The notes under the pieces are model-generated. The model was not told the origin of the DNA. It ran no database searches and worked only from the letters and a program-made list of their open reading frames with translations. The translations under genes were made by a program, and so were the position numbers. Below are positions 9,443 through 18,670 of a DNA stretch of 64,000 nucleotides, piece by piece; the first letter of the stretch is position 1; each line of letters opens with the position of its first letter. Source of the DNA: Pyrodictiaceae archaeon (GTDB lineage Archaea > Thermoproteota > Thermoprotei_A > Sulfolobales > Pyrodictiaceae). The stretch covers positions 32,001 through 96,000 of the forward strand of contig JALVSY010000030.1 of NCBI GenBank assembly GCA_027036135.1. The letters are read 5' to 3'.

Positions 9443-10444
9443 TTATGCTCCCCACTCTGTGGTCTTCTCAACTATGGAGCGGAATAGCTTGACTGCTGTG
9501 AGCTTTTCTGCCTCGTAGCCCTTCATCTCGGCTAGCTTTACTGAGGCCAGCCCAGCTATCCATGTGCCCCACACCATCTTCGATACAGTGTTTGTACCGC
9601 GCAGCTTCTCTACGTAGAAGTCAGCGGGTCTCGCTAGGCCCATGAACTCCTCTAATAACTTGCTCCAAGGCTCCTCAACGGGATCTATTACTAGGAAGTT
9701 GTAGCGCGCCTCATTGCTCCATCCCTCTAGTATATTATGACCCGACTCTGGTACATGCGAGGCATCGCTCGCAGACTTCGCGTTTTCTGCTAGCTCGCTC
9801 CTCGTCCTCACAGCAACGGGATAGTAGGGAGCCGGCGCCAACACTACTAAATTGCCCTGTACAGCCTTGAGCCACGAGGCTGTCTCAGAGGCCTGGTTCT
9901 CGGCTTCCCTGCGCTCGCTGAGGAGGCGGAGAGACTCCTCGATATCGGGGCCCGGTGTATTCAACAAACCATTACCCACTAGGCTACCTAGCAACGTGTA
10001 GAAGAGCTGAGGCCAACCAGCACGAGGCGCCGGGGCCTGCTCAACTATGGCTACAGGGAGGTTTCTCTCCCTCGCCCACGCTGCTAGCTTGCCACCAGTC
10101 GTGACTGCTACGACACGACCGCCCAGCTCGTAGCTCCTCCTCGCACAGTTGAGCGTCTCCCTCGTGTTGCCAGAGAAGCTGACAGCATAGACTAGGGCGC
10201 CGCGACTAACCCAGTGAGGGGGCTCAGCCTCCTTTAGCGAGACTATCACGGAGCCACCGTACCTTGCAGCGAGTACTGCTAGGTAGTCGCCAGCAGCCCC
10301 GCTCCCACCCATACCACATACGAGTACAAGGCTGCTCGCTGCGTAGCTGGCTGGGAGCCCGAGCGATAGGCCTGATAAATAGGCTCGGCGTGCTGGCTCC
10401 TCCCAGGAAAGATAGTACTCATAGAACCCATTCAAGCCTAGCAC
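9443..10444 (-). CDS. bifunctional phosphoglucose/phosphomannose isomerase (SIS)
   Basis: GMGGSG, SFSGNTRET, TTGGKL, ENAK, PESGHN. Confidence 0.85.
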   Translation of the reverse strand: MLGLNGFYEYYLSWEEPARRAYLSGLSLGLPASYAASSLVLVCGMGGSGAAGDYLAVLAARYGGSVIVSLKEAEPPHWVSRGALVYAVSFSGNTRETLNCARRSYELGGRVVAVTTGGKLAAWARERNLPVAIVEQAPAPRAGWPQLFYTLLGSLVGNGLLNTPGPDIEESLRLLSERREAENQASETASWLKAVQGNLVVLAPAPYYPVAVRTRSELAENAKSASDASHVPESGHNILEGWSNEARYNFLVIDPVEEPWSKLLEEFMGLARPADFYVEKLRGTNTVSKMVWGTWIAGLASVKLAEMKGYEAEKLTAVKLFRSIVEKTTEWGA

Positions 10445-10545
10445 CGAGTCTTATTAGCCACTAGCCTAGATACTTAAACAAAAATGAGGAACCAGCGTAG
10501 TGTATTCAGCGCTAAACACGTGACTATATAGAGCTACCTTGATTA

Positions 10546-11118
10546 CTAGACGCAGAATCCTAGCTCGCGTAGCTTGTGAACGACGAACTTCTTGTCCTCC
10601 TCCGGTAATAGTTCTACGTCTCTCCTGATTATCCTCTCGTCTATGCGCAGCCTCCCCGAGTCTATGTACTCCTTGACTATCCTTAGGTCCTCTATGTCGG
10701 GTTCGCGGGCAGCCTTTGCCTTCAAAACTATGTAGTCCTCGGGCCTGATGACGCGGATACTAGCACCGCTGATCTGCTTCGTGGACGCATTCTCTATTAT
10801 CTCGAGCGGGATATAGAAGTCGTGGATGTTCTCGTAAAACTCCGTTATTACTTCCTCGCCACTAGGAAGCCTTATGACGAACTTTGGTGTGCCCAGGGCT
10901 GTGTAGCTCATCTGCCAGCTATTACGAAACGCTATCTCCCTATACTGATCCTCCTCTATTAAGGGGCTTGGCTCGAGGACGAAGAAGTCTAAATCATCCT
11001 CGAATGATTTACGGCGAAGCTCTAGGTCGATAACAGTGCTCCCAATTATTACGCCGCGTATACCTTCTTCCTCAAGCTTCTTGACTAGCCACGCTATATC
11101 CTTTAATGTATAGGCCAA
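10546..11118 (-). CDS. crenarchaeal nucleotidyltransferase family protein
   Basis: IIGS...DDLD polymerase-beta-like motif; PEDYIVLKA...R..DIED. Confidence 0.75.
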   Translation of the reverse strand: MAYTLKDIAWLVKKLEEEGIRGVIIGSTVIDLELRRKSFEDDLDFFVLEPSPLIEEDQYREIAFRNSWQMSYTALGTPKFVIRLPSGEEVITEFYENIHDFYIPLEIIENASTKQISGASIRVIRPEDYIVLKAKAAREPDIEDLRIVKEYIDSGRLRIDERIIRRDVELLPEEDKKFVVHKLRELGFCV

Positions 11119-11294
11119 GACTGGGCGCCTCCGCTCTGCTTACTAGGGCGAAAACAATGTATTCCCGGGAGGCTTGACTATTGTTCTCTCTGTTTTTAGC
11201 TTGTGTGCTACAAGGCGTAGGGAAGCCTCGCTAGGACTATACTGTGCGACGATGCGCTAGGGGGCTTGCCCTCTTCCGTGTAGTATAAAAATAC

Positions 11295-12809
11295 TTGTAC
11301 TTTGCGAGAATCTGTGCTCGGGGGAATGTTGTAGATATGAGGAAACAGTTCATTCTCTCCCTTAGCCCTGCAGAGGCTCGGCGTTTACTCGGCTCGCTAC
11401 AAGACATGCTGCGCCGTGTCTCAGTCGTGGACGAGGTCGGAAGCAACTATGTGACGGTAGTGGTTCCTAAGGGTAGGCGTGGCACCGAGAAGGTACGACT
11501 ATTAATGGATATATACGAGACCGAGAACAGTACCGCAGCCATACTCTATAGCGATACCGATATGATGTTCATAGACATTACCGCTACTAGGCAAGGAGTA
11601 CAGACATCTATCACAGTTACTTGTCAAGGCGTAGGCCGGGTAGAGAAAATCATCGATACCCTTGGAAACGAGCTAGCGAATCTCGTGAGAACCCGGCTCG
11701 AGAACGCTTATCCCTCAACAGATATAAACGAAGAGGATAATAAGCTTGCAGCCCTCGAGAAGTCCCCACCGCTACTCACAACGCTTGTCTACTACGATTC
11801 CTTCATCCCTGTATTCAACGTCGTCCTCGAATCTGCTCTAAGGGTTCTATCAGCTCTGGGCCCAGATCACTACCTAGTCGAAGTTGAGAGCCTGGATGAG
11901 CGCGAGCCGTTCACGCTCCGCCTCGTCGTGAGAGAGAACAAGGTTACCGGTCTCTATGCAGAGCTTCCTGGCCAGCGTCTACGCGGGGATAGCGTCCTCT
12001 ATGCTAACTTTCCTCTGGCTAGGAGGGTCAATGTAAAGGCTTGGGCCCTTTACGGCGGCAGGGAGACAGTTGTCTACGCACCACTGGAGTTAACGAGTAG
12101 TGGAGACCACAGAGTATACTGGGTCTCGGTGAAGGGCTGCGCTGCATGCGGCGGATTATTATCTAATGGCTTCATGGTCGTTGATCGGAGAGAAGCCGTT
12201 CTCATCAACCCTGCTGCCCTCGAGGAGAGACACATAATTCACATAGAGGAGCTCTTACAAGGCCTTGATAACCTTAGACACATAGTCTTAACACATGTTG
12301 AGGCAGACCTCATAGCAGGTATCGAGACAATATTGTCCCATAACCCCAGGGTCTATATCCACGCGCCACCTTACCACGCCAGTCTGCTAAACTCAGCAAT
12401 TCGCCAAATAAGTGCCAACATAAAGACGCTGCCACTACGCGAGTCGGAGACCAACACGGGACGAACAAGACTACTAGTACTAGAGGGAGCAGCTAACTCG
12501 CCGCACAACATAGCGCTCTACGACCCAGCGTCAAAGGTGTTATTCGCCGGGGTTACACTGGGCTCTATTACTCCCCCCGGACTATGGGCTCCATTTGTAA
12601 GCGATGTGGAGGAGTACTTGAAGACTGTTGTCCCCTACGTGACGCACCTAGTTAACATCAGCAAACTAAGAGCTTGGACCGAGAGAGTGAGCAAGCTAGA
12701 CGTCGAGATAATAGCTCCTCATTACGGGCCACTGGTTATTGGTAGGGATGAAGTGCGCTCCGTAATTGCTAGGCTAAGAGAACTCGCAGACCTACTAAGC
12801 AGCGCATAG
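11295..12809 (+). CDS. multidomain protein: SRPBCC-like + DUF2226-like + MBL/ODP-FprA-like domain
   Basis: C-terminal SNGFMVVD..EAVLINP, IVLTHVEAD, LYDPASKVLFAG, IIAPHYG resemble the FprA/ODP MBL fold; likely start ATG 11337. Confidence 0.6.
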   Translation: MYFARICARGNVVDMRKQFILSLSPAEARRLLGSLQDMLRRVSVVDEVGSNYVTVVVPKGRRGTEKVRLLMDIYETENSTAAILYSDTDMMFIDITATRQGVQTSITVTCQGVGRVEKIIDTLGNELANLVRTRLENAYPSTDINEEDNKLAALEKSPPLLTTLVYYDSFIPVFNVVLESALRVLSALGPDHYLVEVESLDEREPFTLRLVVRENKVTGLYAELPGQRLRGDSVLYANFPLARRVNVKAWALYGGRETVVYAPLELTSSGDHRVYWVSVKGCAACGGLLSNGFMVVDRREAVLINPAALEERHIIHIEELLQGLDNLRHIVLTHVEADLIAGIETILSHNPRVYIHAPPYHASLLNSAIRQISANIKTLPLRESETNTGRTRLLVLEGAANSPHNIALYDPASKVLFAGVTLGSITPPGLWAPFVSDVEEYLKTVVPYVTHLVNISKLRAWTERVSKLDVEIIAPHYGPLVIGRDEVRSVIARLRELADLLSSA

Positions 12810-12820
12810 GCCAAGGAGAG

Positions 12821-13441
12821 GTGAGCGTGATGGCAGAGGGTGTTCCTCGCTTAGAGTTCAAGGGACTAGGCCCCTTCATACGTTATGGAGATATACAAGC
12901 CGCTCTCAGGAGAAGCAGGAGAGTAACAGTATCGATAGACCTTGATGCAGAGCCCCTCCTAGAGACCTGGGCTCGGAAACACCTCATAAAGGTACAGAAA
13001 ATGAGTGAAGGGATATACCTCCTTGCCTTCGAGGAGGCTAGCCTCGAGAAGCCAGCAGCGAGGCTAGAGATACCGGACTATATTCCCCAGGACCTTGCGA
13101 GGCTAGTGCCCTCGCCTACGATCACTAAGTGGAGGCGTGACCTCTCCGAGAAGCTAGCTGATCCCGCGCAGCTACTAGGTCTCGTCCTCAGAGCGCAGAC
13201 ACTATACCGTGGACCTGCCCGGGGAGAAGAGTTTGAGGACCTTCTTCGCAGAGAGGATCCCGTGCTACTAAAGGCAACCATTGATGGAAACGACGTGGTA
13301 CTGGTTATTAGGCATGGCGACGTAATAGCAGGAGCACGTATAAATAATGCGCTAACAGAGACGGAGGCAAAAGCTATCCTGCAGCGCGTGCTCCGAGAAG
13401 GCCTAAGCGTAACGATATACGATGTAGCCGCGCTCATCTAG
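12821..13441 (+). CDS. hypothetical protein; TusA-like N-terminus + DUF2226-like C-terminus
   Basis: LEFKGLGP...ETWARKH...GIYLLAF resembles TusA without the Cys; VLVIRHGDVIAG...VTIY resembles 14067..14789. Confidence 0.55.
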   Translation: MSVMAEGVPRLEFKGLGPFIRYGDIQAALRRSRRVTVSIDLDAEPLLETWARKHLIKVQKMSEGIYLLAFEEASLEKPAARLEIPDYIPQDLARLVPSPTITKWRRDLSEKLADPAQLLGLVLRAQTLYRGPARGEEFEDLLRREDPVLLKATIDGNDVVLVIRHGDVIAGARINNALTETEAKAILQRVLREGLSVTIYDVAALI

Positions 13442-14070
13442 GGTAGCTGGAACACTATTTTCTCATAGCCTCCGGTCCTGCCACCCCTCCTACCATATAT
13501 TGCTACGACATTATCGCCGACGATGTCCCAGTCCTCGTTACCGGGGCCCATGTCGACCTCAAGCACCCTGGAGCCCGGCGGAAATATCCAGTAGGCCTCA
13601 TAGTTATACTCTATTGGTTCCTGCTCGTAACGGTTCTCATAGGTGTTCCTCCCGGGCCGGAGAGGGGCGCGGAACCGGAGCCCAAACACTATGAAGACGC
13701 GGTCTCGGCGACCCCTAAACCCTATATCGACCAGGACAACGCGTGGACGGACACGCTCTCCATTAACGAGTACCTCCTCTTTATTAACTAGCTCCTGCAT
13801 ATTGTAGGCGAGAGACGCTGTTTCCTCCTCATAGAGCTTCTCGTCACGCAGCACAGCGTCATAGTACCCCATGGGGTCTATATAGTCAAATACAATATAG
13901 TAGGCAATGTAGCGGTAACCGACATAGAAGAAGCCCTGGGCATGAACCGGGGTTACGGCCTCACCAGCCTCTCTCAAGAAACTCTCTCTAAGCACACGCC
14001 GTGGGCCACGTCGCCCCAAGTCGCTGACACCGCTGAAAAATAATCGAGCCAGCCAAGGATAGCGCTTCAA
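13438..14070 (-). CDS. conserved hypothetical protein
   Basis: open ORF with acidic/aromatic composition; start uncertain, possibly downstream. Confidence 0.7.
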   Translation of the reverse strand: MKRYPWLARLFFSGVSDLGRRGPRRVLRESFLREAGEAVTPVHAQGFFYVGYRYIAYYIVFDYIDPMGYYDAVLRDEKLYEEETASLAYNMQELVNKEEVLVNGERVRPRVVLVDIGFRGRRDRVFIVFGLRFRAPLRPGRNTYENRYEQEPIEYNYEAYWIFPPGSRVLEVDMGPGNEDWDIVGDNVVAIYGRRGGRTGGYEKIVFQLP

Positions 14071-14789
14071 GGGGCTAAATAGATCTTACAATTCATTGGC
14101 TCCTCGAGTTCCTCGACATGATTGCCATTTACATCGGCTGCTGCACAACCATTACTTGTACAGACAACATTAATGATGCGGTTATGCCGGGTAATGCACC
14201 TAGCATAGGCTACACTATATGACCCGCGGCTCTCGCTAAGTGCCGCTATGACTTTGCTAAGCCTATCACTACTTATCTCTGTGCTTTTCTCAGCATGTAG
14301 AACAATACGTAGCAATGCCGCAACGTCCCGGGCAAGGCTTAGGGCCTCATGGCTGAACCCGATACGGGGCTCCTCGCTAGGCGTACCCTGTGCATGGCTG
14401 GCCTCAATGGCTTGGGACACTGGCTTTTCTCCAAGAAGCTGCTCTACGCTGAGCCCTGGTACACGGGCATTAGGGGCATACTCTAGGTCGACTCGTATCT
14501 TTTCATCATTGAGCTGGATGACTTCAACGTATCCGTTTCTCTCCCCGAGCTTCTCGCGGAGCAGCTTAATGGCCTCTTCTCCCCTTATTATGTTCCCGCT
14601 CGTCTTCTCTTCGGCCATTACCGCTACTATTCTACCCCTTTGAAGCTCGAGTTCTATAGTATAGTTATCAAGGTATATGACTAGTCTTCCACTAAACCCT
14701 CTCGCTGCATAATCCTTTATAATGCTCTGCAAATCCTCTTCGAACAAGTTATGGAATTTTATGGTCTTGCCGCGACTAAGGAACAGCAC
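14067..14789 (-). CDS. DUF2226/PATAN-like protein
   Basis: FSGRLVI...GRIVAV...GEEAI...GYVEVIQL...DLEYAP pattern. Confidence 0.65.
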   Translation of the reverse strand: MLFLSRGKTIKFHNLFEEDLQSIIKDYAARGFSGRLVIYLDNYTIELELQRGRIVAVMAEEKTSGNIIRGEEAIKLLREKLGERNGYVEVIQLNDEKIRVDLEYAPNARVPGLSVEQLLGEKPVSQAIEASHAQGTPSEEPRIGFSHEALSLARDVAALLRIVLHAEKSTEISSDRLSKVIAALSESRGSYSVAYARCITRHNRIINVVCTSNGCAAADVNGNHVEELEEPMNCKIYLAP

Positions 14790-14932
14790 CTCTTTTTCAC
14801 CGACGCACTAGCCCAAGCTAAGCTAATCCACTAGCTAAAGTAAAGAACGTAGAGAAAAATAAACAATATGTCCTAGTCATGGATTAAACAAATGAGATAG
14901 AAAGAAGCACTGAACAAAATAATTATACCTGG

Positions 14933-15292
14933 TTAGAGAGCAGCCTTTATCCGGTCCTTCTGCTTCTTCATCTCATACCTTATTCTGCCAAGGTAAGCCG
15001 TCCTATCAGATATGACCGTAAATACTGCTTCACCAAGGTCTTCTAGGAGTACATAGCTGTTAGCGTACTCTAGGATGACCATATCCATGTCTCCTAGTTT
15101 CAGCTCTGAGCCCATTCTATCAGCTGCACCATAGACAGTGGTTATCATCGCTGCCAACGCGTCGAGGTCTATCTCCAGCCCACCGGGTGTTGAGGCCTCT
15201 ATGACGAAGCCGTCTTTGCTCACGATTATTGCTCCGCGCACACCCTGTATACGTGTAAACTCTGCGACAATTGTTTGGAGCGGGGAGGACAT
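14933..15292 (-). CDS. roadblock/LC7 (MglB-like) protein
   Basis: GVRGAIIVSKDGFVI...LAAM...ELKLG...ILEY...LGRIRYEMKK. Confidence 0.92.
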   Translation of the reverse strand: MSSPLQTIVAEFTRIQGVRGAIIVSKDGFVIEASTPGGLEIDLDALAAMITTVYGAADRMGSELKLGDMDMVILEYANSYVLLEDLGEAVFTVISDRTAYLGRIRYEMKKQKDRIKAAL

Positions 15293-15405
15293 GGCCCTCT
15301 TTCCTCTCTGCTACTCTTCCACAATATGCAAACCCACTTACAAGTATTAAAAATGTCTTAGGCTCTTATATTAGTATTTTAGCCCCATATTTACTAATAT
15401 CGATA

Positions 15406-16015
15406 TTATGAGTGCAGCGGCAATATCTCTTCAACAATTATTGTCAAGGGCTCGCTCTCGCTTCGAGGAAGCAGAGTAGTTACATTAACCCTAGCCCTAG
15501 GATTCCTCTCAAGAAGCATCTTCCTAACAATAGCAGCCACTATCATCGCCTCAGGGCTTAACGGGTACTCACGGAGCCCCCCTCTTTACAAGAACCTTGT
15601 GAACAGGCATAAACATACTATCCTTTATCTCCACCCTGTAGCGGCGAAGCTTCCTACCATGCTTCTCCACGTCTTCAAGCCTCTCAACCCTAACCTCTTT
15701 CGCTATACCAAGCTTCTTGAGAACATCAGCTATTAGCTCATGGGGCTCAGATACATTATAACTTATTTTACCCTCAAGCTCGCCTAGAACCTCAAGTATA
15801 AGGTCACCTATCTCGCCGAGAAGCATCTGCGTCATAGCACCAGCTCCAGCACTACCAAGGGCACGATAAAGAGCCATTTGGTAACCAGCAAGTATAGCAT
15901 AGCCAACCATATCCAATTTCTTCCTATCCCTCCACTCAGTATTCACGCCTTCATACTCAGATATCATTGTTCGGGCCTCCATCCGGACACCCTTTTTATC
16001 TAACTTATTAAACAT
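15406..16015 (-). pseudogene. V4R-like protein, frameshifted in a G6 run (gene or pseudogene)
   Basis: removing one C from plus-strand 15577-15582 continues the frame (LREYPLSPEAMIVAAIV...) to TAA at 15406-15408. Confidence 0.6.
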
Positions 16016-16327
16016 AGCTAGAACCCCATATAATATCTTTTGATAAATAAATAAGCACCTATATTATTTCCATGACGAGTACCATATATCATATAGGGTA
16101 TAAATCATCTGCGCACTCCATGTACATGAGCATATTCATAGACGGGCTCCCATAGTATAGCAATGCACTAAAAGCAAGCATATTACTAAATCACAAGCTA
16201 CAATGCTTCATGAAATCTTTTCAGGAAATGAAAGTAGTTACAAATAAAGTAATACACCCACCACTCAAACCAAAAGAACAATGTACAAGTGCCTTTCGCT
16301 TTCCTAGCGTCTTCGCAGTAGAATTAG

Positions 16328-16402
16328 TGGGCCCGGGGGGATTCGAACCCCCGACCTCCCGGTTATCAGCCGGGCGCTCTAACCGGGCTGAGCTACGGGC
16401 CC
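16328..16402 (-). tRNA. tRNA-Ile(GAT)
   Basis: cloverleaf GGGCCCG..., anticodon loop CTGATAA, GGTTCGAATCC; CCA not encoded. Confidence 0.97.
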
Positions 16403-16620
16403 GTTCCCAGGTATAGTGGTGTTCTCTCACCATATAAGGGGCTATTTTTATCTTCACTTTCTTCCAGGTAAGATATACAGCCTTACTTCTTCTTGGTTAC
16501 TTTGTTACTTTAAGAAGTATTTGTTAGGAGACTCCATGTTTCGGTGAACCCTAGCTATTTATTTTATTGATTGGATTTAGCAGAAGCTATTTTTGTTATC
16601 TCATATAACTTTTAGTATGA

Positions 16621-17589
16621 GTGGCGGGGCGAATGGAGACTTCCTTGCTTCTTGAGGCTAGGCAGAGTGCTGTGAGCGATATAGAAGTTTATTCAAAGCT
16701 TATCGCTATGACTGTTGTTGGTGTAGAGGAGGCCATAGGTAGTAACATGGTTGGTGGCTTCGTGAACCTGGTAGCGCGCAAGCTTGAAGAAGAGCTAGGA
16801 GTGCAACGTGGGAGCAATGTCCGCGAACTACTTGAATGGATTAATAAAAATACGGTACTTAGGCTCAATACTTATCGTGTTAAGGACCAACTTGTGCGCG
16901 ACGAGGAGAAGGGGCCTGCTTTCTATATGATTGCCTATGAGTGTCCAGTACGCCAGATACTTTACTTAGAGGATCTGCCTGGTGGCAGGGCACTATGTAT
17001 GATTATATGTCGTTTCCTTAGCAGATTGCTGTCGGGTGGTCTTGGCTCTAGTTGCAGGGTTGAACCAGCTCGGATTGGGCCTAATGCATGTCTTCTCCGA
17101 GTCGGTATTAGCAACTCTGTTAGGGAGAGGGTTAAGGAGCTTGATGTTACCTCTAGGAGCCCTGATATTAAGGAGTATGAGGAGTTATTGAGAAGGTTCT
17201 TCTCGGCTCTTCTCCGTAGCATAGGCTGGGCGCTTAATACGCTACTTGGTGGGAACCCTGCTATGAGTTACAGAGCAGGGAAGAGCTACGGAAGGCTTGT
17301 TGGAGCCTCTATTCTTGCACAGGGTTATGAGGCTAGTTCCCTAGATGAGGCGGTCAACATATTTAATTCTTCTATGAAAAGCTTGATAAGCATACGTATA
17401 AGTGGCTCCGCGATAGTTATCGAGAAGAGCTGGTTCGATGAAATAATTGAAAAGGAGGCAATAAATCACTCAGAGTTCATTAAAAGAGTTGTCCAAGGCT
17501 TTATCGCAGGCTCTCTCGAGACGCTACTTGCAAAACGAGTTGATCTACGCTCCCTAGGTGATAACAAGTTCGAGGTGATAATACGGTGA
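16621..17589 (+). CDS. tandem V4R-like domain protein
   Basis: two similar halves; ECPVRQ...LCMIIC...NAC in the first, YRAGKSYG...QGFIAGSLE in the second; stop overlaps hydrogenase small-subunit start. Confidence 0.65.
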   Translation: MAGRMETSLLLEARQSAVSDIEVYSKLIAMTVVGVEEAIGSNMVGGFVNLVARKLEEELGVQRGSNVRELLEWINKNTVLRLNTYRVKDQLVRDEEKGPAFYMIAYECPVRQILYLEDLPGGRALCMIICRFLSRLLSGGLGSSCRVEPARIGPNACLLRVGISNSVRERVKELDVTSRSPDIKEYEELLRRFFSALLRSIGWALNTLLGGNPAMSYRAGKSYGRLVGASILAQGYEASSLDEAVNIFNSSMKSLISIRISGSAIVIEKSWFDEIIEKEAINHSEFIKRVVQGFIAGSLETLLAKRVDLRSLGDNKFEVIIR

Positions 17590-18590
17590 GCAAGCTTAGT
17601 TTCGCCTTTGTCCCTCTAAGCGGCTGTGGCGGGTGCGAGGTACAAGTTCTTCGCGCCTTCACCCTTCACCCGGAGCTAGAAGAACTCTACGATATAGTTT
17701 ATTGGCCCATGGTTGTTGAGACCACCGAGATCCCGGAGAAAGTTGACGTCGTGATGGTGGAGGGACTCGTCAGGACCAAGGAGAACCTCGAGAAGCTGCG
17801 AAAAGCGCGCTTCGCTGCCTCAAAACTAATAGTTGTTGGAAGCTGCGCTTCTTGGAGCGGTATCGGTGGCGCCGCCGACGCGCTCAGCGCGAGGCTCAGC
17901 ATGAAGGCGATATATGGGAGAGAACAGATAAATGAAGATGAGGCGCCCGAGATCCTGCCAAGAGTATTTGCTCCCTCGGACCTAGTTCCCGTCGACTACA
18001 TTATCTCCAGGTGCCCTCCACCCGTAGAGCATATAGTGATAACTCTCAAGGCCGTCGCAAAGGGCAAACCAGTACCCACGGCAACTAGCACTGTTTGCAG
18101 CCAGTGTCCGCGGAAGATGAAACCCATAGAGAAGCTCGAATTCAAGCCCGGGCTTCCGGGCCCCGATGCCGACCCAGAGACTTGTTTCCTTAGCCAGGGC
18201 TATCTCTGCCTAGGCTCTGTTACAACTGTTGGATGCGGTGCACCATGTCCACGCTTCGGTATACCATGTTTTGGCTGCGGTGGCCCACACTACGAGATTG
18301 CAGAGAGAAGAGATATGGATATCATTACCGCTCTTGCAAGGAAGATAGCGACATTGGCTGGGCTTGATCCAGTTAAGGATCTAGACATAGTGATTAAGAA
18401 GCTCCTAGAAGCGTACGATCCCAGGCGCTTCTATGTATTCACGCTGGGCTCTGAAGTGCTTAGGAGAAAGCCGCAAGGATACGCTGTACAAGCCATAGCA
18501 AGAAGCAAGCAGGATCCCAAGTACCGTAAGCTACTTGAGGAGAGGGCCAAGTTTGTTACCGAACAAAGTATTAACAGAAATGAGGAATAA
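17586..18590 (+). CDS. [NiFe]-hydrogenase small subunit (group 3, MvhG/HoxY-like)
   Basis: SGCGGC, EG, GSCA, RCPP, VCSQC, CFLSQGYLCLG, GCGAPCP..GIPCFGC; no Tat signal seen. Confidence 0.9.
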   Translation: MSKLSFAFVPLSGCGGCEVQVLRAFTLHPELEELYDIVYWPMVVETTEIPEKVDVVMVEGLVRTKENLEKLRKARFAASKLIVVGSCASWSGIGGAADALSARLSMKAIYGREQINEDEAPEILPRVFAPSDLVPVDYIISRCPPPVEHIVITLKAVAKGKPVPTATSTVCSQCPRKMKPIEKLEFKPGLPGPDADPETCFLSQGYLCLGSVTTVGCGAPCPRFGIPCFGCGGPHYEIAERRDMDIITALARKIATLAGLDPVKDLDIVIKKLLEAYDPRRFYVFTLGSEVLRRKPQGYAVQAIARSKQDPKYRKLLEERAKFVTEQSINRNEE

Positions 18591-18670
18591 GGCTTTGTTT
18601 ACTTCTTTTTCTTCTTTTAGCGCACACATATACGCGGCTTAGCATGGCCACTATTTAAGGGGGATGTGTA

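Noticed and set aside
16210-16457. Short ORFs 16210..16416 (+) and 16221..16457 (-)
   Set aside because: They overlap tRNA-Ile and are chance frames through the tRNA.
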